A DNA stretch of 64,000 nt from an uncultured SAR86 cluster bacterium. Its GTDB lineage: Bacteria > Pseudomonadota > Gammaproteobacteria > Magnimaribacterales > D2472. How positions within the stretch are numbered: position 1 is the first letter of the stretch; the number at the start of each line of letters is the position of its first letter. The translations under genes were made by a program, and so were the position numbers. Under the pieces are notes generated by a model. That model saw only the letters and a program-made list of their open reading frames with translations, was not told the origin of the DNA and searched no databases. The stretch spans positions 45,711-109,710 of the forward strand of contig CACNUA010000001.1 of the NCBI GenBank assembly GCA_902623535.1, read 5' to 3'. Below, in pieces: positions 16,216-24,914 of this stretch.

Positions 16216-17258
16216 TGCTTACGGGGTACATAGAAGGTTACTACGGTTCTTTGCTGGATTGGAATCAAAGGCTAAGAATTCTTGAATCTTTATCGGCCTT
16301 GAATCTCAACTCATATTTTTACTGCCCAAAAGAAGATCCATTTCATAGACTGAAATGGAAAGAAGATTATTCTGATGAGTATCTATTGAATTTGGGCTCA
16401 TTTTTTGAATCTGCAAAATCTTTAAACATTGAATTAATTTTCGGAATTTCGCCTGGTTTTATTAGTGAGTCAATTGACCAGAAAATACTTAATAATAAGA
16501 TCCAATCTATTTTTGATCTGGGAATCAAAAGCTTATGTATTCTTTTCGACGACATTTCATTTGAAGCCACAAAACAAAAAGGGAAAGACCATGCAGAAAT
16601 TTTAAATAAAGTTTTACAAGATTTTCCTGAAATAAAGCTATACATAGTTCCACAAATATACTCTGATCAATTGTCTAAAACAGATGCCACAGATTGCTTG
16701 TACTTAAATGAGCTTTTTTCTAGAGTGAAATATCAGGTTCCTTTTTTCTGGACCGGAGAAAGTGTGATTTCAAAAAGCTATGACCTTGAATATATTTCAA
16801 AAATTCAAAAAAAATTTAATCAAGATCTCATAATTTGGGATAACTTTTATGCATCAGATTACTGTGAGCCTAGAGTTACCATTGATGCTTATAACCCATT
16901 TGTTAAAAACCCAAAAAATATTTACGGTGTAATGATTAATCCTACTGGCAAGCTTAATCTTGATATTCTCTTACTTGAATTATTTTCATTTGGAATGGGT
17001 AAGGGTAATGAAGATTTCAAATCAATCTTAAAAAAACATTTACCAAGTGAAATGATTGATATCTTGCATTATTTTAAGTTTGAAGGGCGCATTGGTGATA
17101 TAGATGAGGATATAAAGATAATCGATAAGGTGCTATGGAACTCATCCATGGAAATTAAACTTGAGCTTTATCCATATCTACACTTTCTGAGATTTGTTTT
17201 AAAAAATAAGCCCGATCTAAAATATTTATTAGAGAAGCGCTTAAGATTAAAAAGTTAA
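16215..17258 (+). CDS. Glycoside hydrolase family 84-like protein (O-GlcNAcase/NagJ-like), no signal peptide
   Basis: GYIEGYYGSLLDWNQRLRILE...NLNSYFYCPKEDPFHRLKWKEDY...ISPG...CILFDDISF...FFWTGESVISK...IWDNFYASDY matches the remembered GH84 pattern G.VEGFYG..W..R...LN.Y.YAPKDD..HR..W...Y...ISPG...LLFDDI...WTG..V.SK...WDN..A.DY, including the catalytic Asp-Asp pair. The start ATG overlaps the moeB stop (TAATG). Confidence 0.7.
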   Translation: MLTGYIEGYYGSLLDWNQRLRILESLSALNLNSYFYCPKEDPFHRLKWKEDYSDEYLLNLGSFFESAKSLNIELIFGISPGFISESIDQKILNNKIQSIFDLGIKSLCILFDDISFEATKQKGKDHAEILNKVLQDFPEIKLYIVPQIYSDQLSKTDATDCLYLNELFSRVKYQVPFFWTGESVISKSYDLEYISKIQKKFNQDLIIWDNFYASDYCEPRVTIDAYNPFVKNPKNIYGVMINPTGKLNLDILLLELFSFGMGKGNEDFKSILKKHLPSEMIDILHYFKFEGRIGDIDEDIKIIDKVLWNSSMEIKLELYPYLHFLRFVLKNKPDLKYLLEKRLRLKS

Positions 17259-17312
17259 AATTTACTATTAGAGATTTTTTAATACAATAGTTCATTACCC
17301 AGGGGGAAATTC

Positions 17313-18917
17313 ATGAAAGGTAATATGCAAAATACGGATCTAACGATCCCTAAACTTATTGAGCATGCTGAAAGGTATACCAGCGATACTTTAATTGTTA
17401 GTCGCGAAACTGATAATTCAATTCTGAAGAAGACAACTGGCGAGTGTTTAAATCAATCAAGGAAAATTGCTAAATTACTTCAAAGCCTTAAGGTTGGTAA
17501 AGGTGATCGTGTGGCAACTATTGCATGGAATAATTCTAGGCACTTTGAGATTTATTTTGGGGTAACCGGTATGGGCGGGGTTTTGCACACGATAAATCCT
17601 AGGCTTTTTCCAGAGCAACTAATTTACATTCTAAATCATGCTGAGGATAAAGTTGTTTTTGTTGATGATACATTTCTACCACTTATTGAGGGAGTTCAAG
17701 ATCACTTAGAGTTCTCGCCAGTAATAATTCTCATGGGCCCAAAAAAAGAGATAAATTTTGATATTAAAAATTTACATTTTTATGATGAAATAGTTGAGCA
17801 ATCTGATCCTATTTCATATTGGGTTGAAGTGGATGAGGGGGATGCGGCAGCACTATGTTATACCTCCGGAACTACAGGTAATCCAAAGGGAGTTCTCTAT
17901 AGTCACAGGTCTACCATGTTACATACTTGGGCATCAGGAAATGCATTAAGGTTTGACACCAATAGCTCGGTATTACCGGTTGTGCCAATGTTTCATGTGA
18001 ATGCATGGGGGACACCTTATGCAGCTTTGATGACTGGCTGTAAATTAATTCTGCCTGGTCAAGCACTTGATGGAGCTTCACTATTTGAACTCATAAGTGA
18101 TGAAACTCCGAGTATCCTTATGGGGGTGCCCACCGTTTGGCTCGGATTATTAAATTATTTGTCTGAACAAAACCTAACTCTCAAGGGCGTTGACAGCGTC
18201 ATGGTTGGTGGGTCAGCTGCGCCTCTTGCAATGATTAAAGAGTTTAATGAAAAGCATAATACGTTTTTAGTCCATGGATGGGGCATGACAGAAATGAGCC
18301 CCCTTGGAACAATGAATCTTCAAACAAAGAAAATGAAAGAATTACCAGATGAAGAGAGATATGAATTGCAAACTAAACAGGGCTATCCACTTTTTGGAGT
18401 AGAAATAAAGATTGTGGATGATGCTAACAATGAGCTTCCTAGGGATGGATCAGCACAGGGCGCATTATTGGTAAGAGGACCATGGATCATAGAGAGATAC
18501 TTCAAATCTGATTCACCAGCGGTTGATGATGAGGGATGGTTTGATACTGGAGATGTTGCAAAAATCTTCCCAGATGGTTGTATGCAGATAATGGACAGAT
18601 CAAAAGATGTAATTAAGAGTGGCGGGGAATGGATCAGCTCTATTGATCTTGAAAATGCTGCTGTTGGACATCCAGATGTCGAAGAAGCATGCGTAGTTGG
18701 AGTGCCGCATCCAAAATGGGATGAAAGACCGATCCTTCTGGTGATTTGTAAGGGGGATTTAGATAAAGAATCAATTAATGAGTTTCTTGCAGATAAAGTG
18801 GCAAAGTGGTGGTTGCCTGATGATATTATTAAGGTAGAGGAATTACCTCATGGAGCAACAGGTAAATTATTAAAAGTAGAGCTTAGAGAGCAGTATAAAG
18901 AACATTTAATGGAGTAA
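17313..18917 (+). CDS. AMP-dependent acyl-CoA synthetase/ligase (medium/long-chain fatty-acid-CoA ligase-like)
   Basis: AMP-binding signature YTSGTTGNPKGVLYSHRS, GWGMTEMSP, WFDTGD and C-terminal GKLLK. Confidence 0.85.
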   Translation: MKGNMQNTDLTIPKLIEHAERYTSDTLIVSRETDNSILKKTTGECLNQSRKIAKLLQSLKVGKGDRVATIAWNNSRHFEIYFGVTGMGGVLHTINPRLFPEQLIYILNHAEDKVVFVDDTFLPLIEGVQDHLEFSPVIILMGPKKEINFDIKNLHFYDEIVEQSDPISYWVEVDEGDAAALCYTSGTTGNPKGVLYSHRSTMLHTWASGNALRFDTNSSVLPVVPMFHVNAWGTPYAALMTGCKLILPGQALDGASLFELISDETPSILMGVPTVWLGLLNYLSEQNLTLKGVDSVMVGGSAAPLAMIKEFNEKHNTFLVHGWGMTEMSPLGTMNLQTKKMKELPDEERYELQTKQGYPLFGVEIKIVDDANNELPRDGSAQGALLVRGPWIIERYFKSDSPAVDDEGWFDTGDVAKIFPDGCMQIMDRSKDVIKSGGEWISSIDLENAAVGHPDVEEACVVGVPHPKWDERPILLVICKGDLDKESINEFLADKVAKWWLPDDIIKVEELPHGATGKLLKVELREQYKEHLME

Positions 18918-18920
18918 ATT

Positions 18921-19379
18921 ATGGCTATAACAGTAGTGAAAATAGAGGATCTTAAAAGTTATGTTGGAAAAGAGTTAGGAGCTACTGACTGGTTTAAGAT
19001 AGACCAAGAAAGAATTAATAAATTTGCGGATGCAACACTTGATCATCAATTTATTCATGTTGATCCTGAGCAAGCAACACCAATTTTTGGATCTACTATA
19101 GCCCATGGCTTTTTGACCCTATCGCTAACAGCAGGGATAGGACAAGATGTTGCACTCGTTGTTGATGGAGCCAAGATGGGCTTAAATTATGGTTTAGATA
19201 AGGTTCGTTTTTTAAGTCCCGTTCCAGTTGATTCAGAAATTAGAATGCATTCAAAAGTCGTTGATATTACAGAAAAAAATCCTGGACAATTTCTTGTTAA
19301 ATCAGAAGTTACAATGGAAATTAAAGGAACTGACAAACCTGCATGTATTGCTGAGACTTTATCTATGTGGGTAACTTAG
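18921..19379 (+). CDS. MaoC-like (R)-specific enoyl-CoA hydratase/dehydratase
   Basis: 152 aa hot-dog-fold pattern: INKFADATLDHQFIHVDPEQA...TIAHGFLTLSL. Lies 3 nt after the acyl-CoA ligase. Confidence 0.8.
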   Translation: MAITVVKIEDLKSYVGKELGATDWFKIDQERINKFADATLDHQFIHVDPEQATPIFGSTIAHGFLTLSLTAGIGQDVALVVDGAKMGLNYGLDKVRFLSPVPVDSEIRMHSKVVDITEKNPGQFLVKSEVTMEIKGTDKPACIAETLSMWVT

Positions 19380-20803
19380 TTATCTAGTTTATCTTTTAAA
19401 ATTTTATTTGCTGATGCAGGGTTAGCTTTTCCCTCAGTTGCCTTCATGATTTGACCAACAAAAAATCCAAATAGCTTATCTTTACCACCTTTGTAAGCAG
19501 ATACTTGATCGGGATGCTCAGAAATAATTTTATCTATAATACTTTCAATTTCATCGTCATCATCAATTTGTTTGAGCCCGCTTGATTCAACAATTTCTAT
19601 AGGGCTTAATCCTGAATCCCATGTTCCTTCGAGAACAGTTTTTGCTATTTTCCCTGAAATAACGCCCTCAGTAACTAAATTTACTAGCTCTGAAACATTT
19701 TTAGTTGATAGTTTTGAGTCTGTAATTTCTATGTTTTCTTTATTAAGTAATGAGCTAATATCTCCTATAATAATATTAGATAAAAGCTTTGCGTCTTTGG
19801 CATTTTCCATACATTCTTCAAAAAATGTAGCAAGATTTTTAGATGAAGAAATAATCTGCGCATCATTTTTAGGAATCTTAAATTCAGATTGATACCTTAT
19901 GAATTTATCTTTTGGCATTTCAGGAAAAGTTGCCTTAATTTCTTCAATTTCTTCATCGCTTATCATGACTGGTAAAAGGTCAGGATCTGGAAAATATCTA
20001 TAGTCATTAGCAAATTCTTTAGATCGCATAGGCCTAGTTTCATTTTTGATATTGTCATATAGCCTTGTTTCTTGAGTTACAGATTCTCCAGATTCGATAA
20101 CATCTATTTGCCTTTCAATTTCATAGTTAATTGCTTTTTCAATAAATCTAAATGAATTGATATTTTTTATTTCAGTTCTCGTTCCGAGTTTTTTGTCACC
20201 TCTCTTTCTTACAGAAACATTTGCATCACACCTTAGAGATCCTTGAGACATATTTCCATCAGAGACATCTAAAAAAGTAACTATTTGATGAAGCGCTTTC
20301 ATGAAAGCGACTGCCTCTTTAGCTGACGAAATTTCTGGCTCAGAAACTATCTCAAGCAAAGGTGTTCCAGCTCTATTTAGATCTACTCCCGTTCCTGCCA
20401 TCCCCTCATGTATTGACTTTCCAGCATCTTCTTCAAGATGCGCTCTAGTTAAGTTAATAACTTTTTTTGTCCCTTCAATTTCAATTTCAACTTTTCCGCC
20501 TGAAACTATTGGAAGCTCCATTTGGGTAATTTGATATCCCTTTGGCAAATCAGGATAGAAGTAGTTTTTCCTATCAAATAAAGAAGTTTGATTGATGTCA
20601 GCATCTACTGCGAGACCAAACCTTATCGCCTTATAAAAAGCATTTTTGTTGACAGTAGGCAAAACACCAGGCAACCCACAGTCTACTAAATTGACGTTTG
20701 TATTTGGCTCTTTCCCAAAAGATGTTGAAGCTCTTGAAAAGAGTTTGGATTCAGTAGAGAGCTGAACATGAGCCTCTAAACCAATAACGCATTCCCAACT
20801 CAT
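19376..20803 (-). CDS. gatB: Asp/Glu-tRNA amidotransferase subunit B
   Basis: WECVIGLEAHVQL, NRAGTPLLEIVSEP and a C-terminal YqeY-like domain. Follows gatA. Confidence 0.95.
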   Translation of the reverse strand: MSWECVIGLEAHVQLSTESKLFSRASTSFGKEPNTNVNLVDCGLPGVLPTVNKNAFYKAIRFGLAVDADINQTSLFDRKNYFYPDLPKGYQITQMELPIVSGGKVEIEIEGTKKVINLTRAHLEEDAGKSIHEGMAGTGVDLNRAGTPLLEIVSEPEISSAKEAVAFMKALHQIVTFLDVSDGNMSQGSLRCDANVSVRKRGDKKLGTRTEIKNINSFRFIEKAINYEIERQIDVIESGESVTQETRLYDNIKNETRPMRSKEFANDYRYFPDPDLLPVMISDEEIEEIKATFPEMPKDKFIRYQSEFKIPKNDAQIISSSKNLATFFEECMENAKDAKLLSNIIIGDISSLLNKENIEITDSKLSTKNVSELVNLVTEGVISGKIAKTVLEGTWDSGLSPIEIVESSGLKQIDDDDEIESIIDKIISEHPDQVSAYKGGKDKLFGFFVGQIMKATEGKANPASANKILKDKLDN

Positions 20804-20805
20804 TA

Positions 20806-22254
20806 TTAAAAACCCTCAAAAGTTGGTTTCGCATTATGAAAATCTGTACTTTGCTGAAACCTATTAGCAAAATTTAAGATCATGCTTTCTTCAAGATAGT
20901 TTCCTATAAGCTGAATACCTACTGGTAATCCATTTACAAAACCGTGAGGCATTGATAGGGCTGGAAGACCTGCAAGATTTGATGAAATAGTATAAAGGTC
21001 TTCAAGATATAATTCAGTTGGGTCTTGAGTTCCCTTTGATCCAAATTCAAATGCTTCACTTGGCGAAGTAGGCGAAATAATTAGATCCACCTCTTTAAAT
21101 GCTTCCTCAAAATCATTCTTTATAAGCCTTCTAACCTGTTGTGCTTTTTTATAATATGCATCGTAGTATCCTGCTGATAAAACATAAGTACCTATCAGTA
21201 TTCGTCTTTTAACTTCATCACCAAACCCTTCACTTCTGGAATTTATGTAAAGAGATTCGAGATCTTCAGCTTCAAGACTTCGATGACCAAACTTCACTCC
21301 ATCATATCTTGAAAGATTTGAAGAACATTCTGCAGGCGCAATGACATAATATGTAGGTACCGATTGATTAATGTTTGGCAGAGAAATCTTACGAATTGAA
21401 GCACCCAGTGACTCAAAAACTTTTATTGATTCATCAAATAACACTTGAGATTCTTTACTCAAAGCATCTATATTAAATTCATCCACAATTCCTATTCTTA
21501 AATTTTCGTATGGCTTACCTAGGTCAGCAAATGTATTGGTAGCATCAAGATTGAGGGAAGTAGTGTCTCTCGAATCGTAACCACTCATTGCGTCAAGTAA
21601 AATTGAACAGTCTTCAGCAGTTCTGCAAACTGGACCAGCCTGATCTAAGCTTGAAGCGAAAGCGATCATTCCCCACCTTGATATTCTTCCATAAGTTGGC
21701 TTAATGCCAGTGAGGCCACATAATGCAGCTGGTTGTCTGATTGAACCACCCGTATCTGTTCCGGTGGCTGCAGGAACTAACCCAGCTGCCACTGAGCATG
21801 CCGCACCGCCAGAGCTTCCGCCAGGAACAAATCCCTTTTTCCATGGGTTATGCACATTTCCAAAGAAACTCGTTTCATTAGATGATCCCATTGCAAATTC
21901 ATCCATATTTGTTTTGCCAACGCATATTGAGCCAGCGGCATCTAATGCTTCTACAACTTTTGAGCTATAGGGCGGATAAAAGTTTTCAAGCATTTTTGAT
22001 CCACAAGTTGTTTTAATTCCTTTTGTACAAAAAAGATCTTTTTGTGCGATAGGAATACCTGATAACAGGTGGGAATCTTTACTAACTTTTATTTTTTTTG
22101 CTTTTGCTATAGCATTTTCTTGATTCAATGAGATAAAACAATTTAGGACCTTGTTTTCATTAATTAGATCAAAAGTATCTTTGATGAGCTCTTCAGTAGA
22201 GAATTTTTTAGAAACAAGCCCAGCATTGATTTCTTTGATTGTTTTAAATTGCAT
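20806..22254 (-). CDS. gatA: Asp/Glu-tRNA amidotransferase subunit A
   Basis: Amidase signature GGSSGGAACSVAAGLVPAATGTDTGGSIRQPAALCG. Confidence 0.95.
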   Translation of the reverse strand: MQFKTIKEINAGLVSKKFSTEELIKDTFDLINENKVLNCFISLNQENAIAKAKKIKVSKDSHLLSGIPIAQKDLFCTKGIKTTCGSKMLENFYPPYSSKVVEALDAAGSICVGKTNMDEFAMGSSNETSFFGNVHNPWKKGFVPGGSSGGAACSVAAGLVPAATGTDTGGSIRQPAALCGLTGIKPTYGRISRWGMIAFASSLDQAGPVCRTAEDCSILLDAMSGYDSRDTTSLNLDATNTFADLGKPYENLRIGIVDEFNIDALSKESQVLFDESIKVFESLGASIRKISLPNINQSVPTYYVIAPAECSSNLSRYDGVKFGHRSLEAEDLESLYINSRSEGFGDEVKRRILIGTYVLSAGYYDAYYKKAQQVRRLIKNDFEEAFKEVDLIISPTSPSEAFEFGSKGTQDPTELYLEDLYTISSNLAGLPALSMPHGFVNGLPVGIQLIGNYLEESMILNFANRFQQSTDFHNAKPTFEGF

Positions 22255-22536
22255 TTAATCAACAACCTTAGGGACTAAAAAGAAATTTTCATCTGATTCT
22301 GGAGCATTTTCTAGGAATAGTTTCTTATTATTATCAGATTTTATTTTGTCATTAAATTTTCTTGCAGTTTCCTCTAAGGGATTATACAGAGGTGAAATAT
22401 TCTCAGTATTTGTAGACGATAAGGAATCAATCATTCCAATAATTGTATCGAGATCGCTCAGTATTTTTATAGACTTTTCATCATCCAATCTAAGTCTTGA
22501 GAGGTAGCAAATAGTTCTGACTGTTTGATCATCCAT
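22255..22536 (-). CDS. gatC: Asp/Glu-tRNA amidotransferase subunit C
   Basis: 93 aa. Its stop codon abuts the gatA start codon (0-nt spacer). YLSRLRLDDEK...NPL pattern. Confidence 0.85.
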   Translation of the reverse strand: MDDQTVRTICYLSRLRLDDEKSIKILSDLDTIIGMIDSLSSTNTENISPLYNPLEETARKFNDKIKSDNNKKLFLENAPESDENFFLVPKVVD

Positions 22537-22605
22537 ATGATATTATTGTTTTAAAATCGCAATATTATACTATTTGTATCATTATTTACATGAAGGTGAC
22601 CGCAA

Positions 22606-23655
22606 TTGAAATATAACTTATTTAAAACAGTTAGAGGTATGTTTTCAAATGATCTTTCCATAGATCTCGGTACAGCTAATACCCTCATCTACACCAAAGA
22701 GGTTGGTATCGTTTTGAATGAGCCTAGTGTTGTTGCAATCAGAGAATCTAAAGGCCAAAAAACAGTAGTTGCGGTTGGTCATGAAGCAAAAAAAATGCTC
22801 GGAAGAACCCCAGGCAATATTAATGCAATAAGACCATTATCTGATGGTGTGATAGCTGACTTCCAGGTAACTGAAAAAATGCTTCAGCATTTTATTGCTA
22901 AGGTTCATGAACAAAGATTTATTAAGCCTAGTCCAAGAGTACTAGTTTGTGTGCCATGTAGATCTACACAAGTAGAAAGAAGGGCGATCAGAGAATCTGT
23001 CCTTGGAGCGGGTGCCCGCGATGTTAAGTTAATCGAAGAACCTATGGCTGCTGCAATCGGGGCAGGCCTCCCTGTTGAAGAGGCTAATGGGAACATGGTT
23101 GTTGATATCGGCGGCGGTACTACTGAGATCGCAATCCTCTCACTAAATGGAGTCGTTTATGCTGAATCCGTAAAAATTGGTGGCGATAAAATGGATGAAG
23201 CAATCACTTCTTGGGTAAGAAGAAATTACGGATGTGTTATAGGTGAATCAACATCTGAAAAAATCAAAAAAACTGTTGGTTGTGCGACAGATGATTCAGA
23301 AAAAACTGAAATGACCGTAACAGGCAGGAATCTTGCAGAGGGGATACCCGAGAGTTTTACCTTAAACAGCCAGCAAGTTTTCGAAGCCATGAAAGATCCT
23401 TTATTTGGTATGGTTAGAGCAATTAGAAATGCTCTTGAACTTTCACCTCCCGAGTTAGCTGCTGATATAGCTGAGAGAGGTATCGTATTAACTGGTGGCG
23501 GCGCAATGTTAAGGGACTTAGATAAGCTAATATCTAATTCAACTGGAATACCTGTAATTATTGCTGAAGATCCTCTAACTTGCGTTGCTAGGGGTGGCGG
23601 CCAAGCACTTGAAATTATCGAAAAGTATAATATTGACTTACTTTCAACTGAGTAA
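22606..23655 (+). CDS. mreB: Rod-shape-determining actin homologue MreB
   Basis: [31 protein letters not shown] and [20 protein letters not shown] start. Confidence 0.96.
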   Translation: MKYNLFKTVRGMFSNDLSIDLGTANTLIYTKEVGIVLNEPSVVAIRESKGQKTVVAVGHEAKKMLGRTPGNINAIRPLSDGVIADFQVTEKMLQHFIAKVHEQRFIKPSPRVLVCVPCRSTQVERRAIRESVLGAGARDVKLIEEPMAAAIGAGLPVEEANGNMVVDIGGGTTEIAILSLNGVVYAESVKIGGDKMDEAITSWVRRNYGCVIGESTSEKIKKTVGCATDDSEKTEMTVTGRNLAEGIPESFTLNSQQVFEAMKDPLFGMVRAIRNALELSPPELAADIAERGIVLTGGGAMLRDLDKLISNSTGIPVIIAEDPLTCVARGGGQALEIIEKYNIDLLSTE

Positions 23656-23661
23656 TTGTAA

Positions 23662-24441
23662 ATGGCGAACAAGGCGCCCAGATTCAACTCAAGATTACCT
23701 TACGTTATTGCCTGTTTATTTGGATTAACTTTATTTTTTCTTGATATTACTTATCAAGCATTTGATCCACTAGATCAAATAAAGATAAATTCTAAAAACT
23801 TTGTGCAATTTGGTATGAATAATCTAAAAAACTCTTTTGTCTCACTTCAAATTAATTTCAGCGATAAAAAATTATTAGTGAATGAGAACAAAAGCTTGAA
23901 GGAAGAGTTGAGTATATTATCAGTTATTGCACAAAAGGATATATTTAACTCAAAGCCTGATGATGTGAGCCGTCCTCATAGGATTATTAACTTTGATACC
24001 GATCAGTATTTTTGTTGCTCTAACCACAGGATGTTTGTAGAAAAAAATGAAAAATTTTATCAAAAAGGCTTTGCTCTCAATTCGACTGGACTTATTGGTC
24101 AAATTTTTAAAGATCATCTAAATTCATATGAGCTAATTTTACTTAGTGACATTGACCATAAAATTCCAATTTATAATAAAGATTTTGATATCTACTGTAA
24201 TGCTGCAGGCACTGGCTTTGAAAGGCTAATCATTTGCAAGTCTCCTAAGGACTTAGATAAGGGAGCAATTATTGGACAGGAATTTTATACTTCTGGATTT
24301 GGAGGCGTTTTTAATAAAGATATGCTTGTTGGTAAAGTAAAAAGTTTTACTCAAGCTGAGGACAATGAGTACGATATTCTTATTGAGATTTTTGCAAACC
24401 CACTAACAGATGAAAGAGTATTTTTATTTCAATCAGCATGA
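23662..24441 (+). CDS. mreC: Rod-shape-determining protein MreC
   Basis: N-terminal membrane anchor, a coiled-coil segment (LLVNENKSLKEELSIL) and a beta-rich C-terminal part. Position after mreB. Confidence 0.75.
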   Translation: MANKAPRFNSRLPYVIACLFGLTLFFLDITYQAFDPLDQIKINSKNFVQFGMNNLKNSFVSLQINFSDKKLLVNENKSLKEELSILSVIAQKDIFNSKPDDVSRPHRIINFDTDQYFCCSNHRMFVEKNEKFYQKGFALNSTGLIGQIFKDHLNSYELILLSDIDHKIPIYNKDFDIYCNAAGTGFERLIICKSPKDLDKGAIIGQEFYTSGFGGVFNKDMLVGKVKSFTQAEDNEYDILIEIFANPLTDERVFLFQSA

Positions 24442-24914
24442 GCACCAGAGAAATAATAGTAATTTACTCAAGTATCATATTTGCTATTATTCTGGATTCA
24501 TTATTATCATTTAAGCTAGGCATTATTTTTTTTGATACCAACTTCTCATACTTAACATTTAGTTACTGGGTTTTTGCAGTTCCAGAAAAAATTAGGGTTA
24601 GTCAGTCGATTTTTATTGGATTTTTAGTAGATTTTCTCTCGAACTCTGCAATTGGATTTCATATTTCACTTTACTGCTTATTCTCATTGATCATTCATGC
24701 TTATGCTTATACCTTTCGTCTTTTTTCATATCTACAATTAGCAATTTTTTTTGGAACATCTGCAGCGTTTATATCAGCATTGTTTTACCTTTTTCATCAC
24801 CCATTGCATTACTCATACATTGATATTTTTATTTATTGGATTACAAGCATGGTTTTATGGTTTCCAGTCTACTTTGTAATGAGAAGATTTAGACAAAAGT
24901 TCTTTTATGCTTAA
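24438..24914 (+). CDS. mreD: Rod-shape-determining protein MreD
   Basis: 158-aa polytopic membrane protein with a 4-nt overlap with mreC. Called by position and topology. Confidence 0.7.
   Translation: MSTREIIVIYSSIIFAIILDSLLSFKLGIIFFDTNFSYLTFSYWVFAVPEKIRVSQSIFIGFLVDFLSNSAIGFHISLYCLFSLIIHAYAYTFRLFSYLQLAIFFGTSAAFISALFYLFHHPLHYSYIDIFIYWITSMVLWFPVYFVMRRFRQKFFYA

Noticed and set aside
15490-17258. I considered whether the MoeB/ThiF-like E1 enzyme plus the adjacent GH84-like gene form a novel ubiquitin-like conjugation/deconjugation module.
   Set aside because: moeB after hemA-prfA-prmC is conserved synteny in Pseudomonas-type genomes. No small beta-grasp (MoaD/ThiS/Ub-like) ORF or JAMM protease is present nearby. 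The link is adjacency only.
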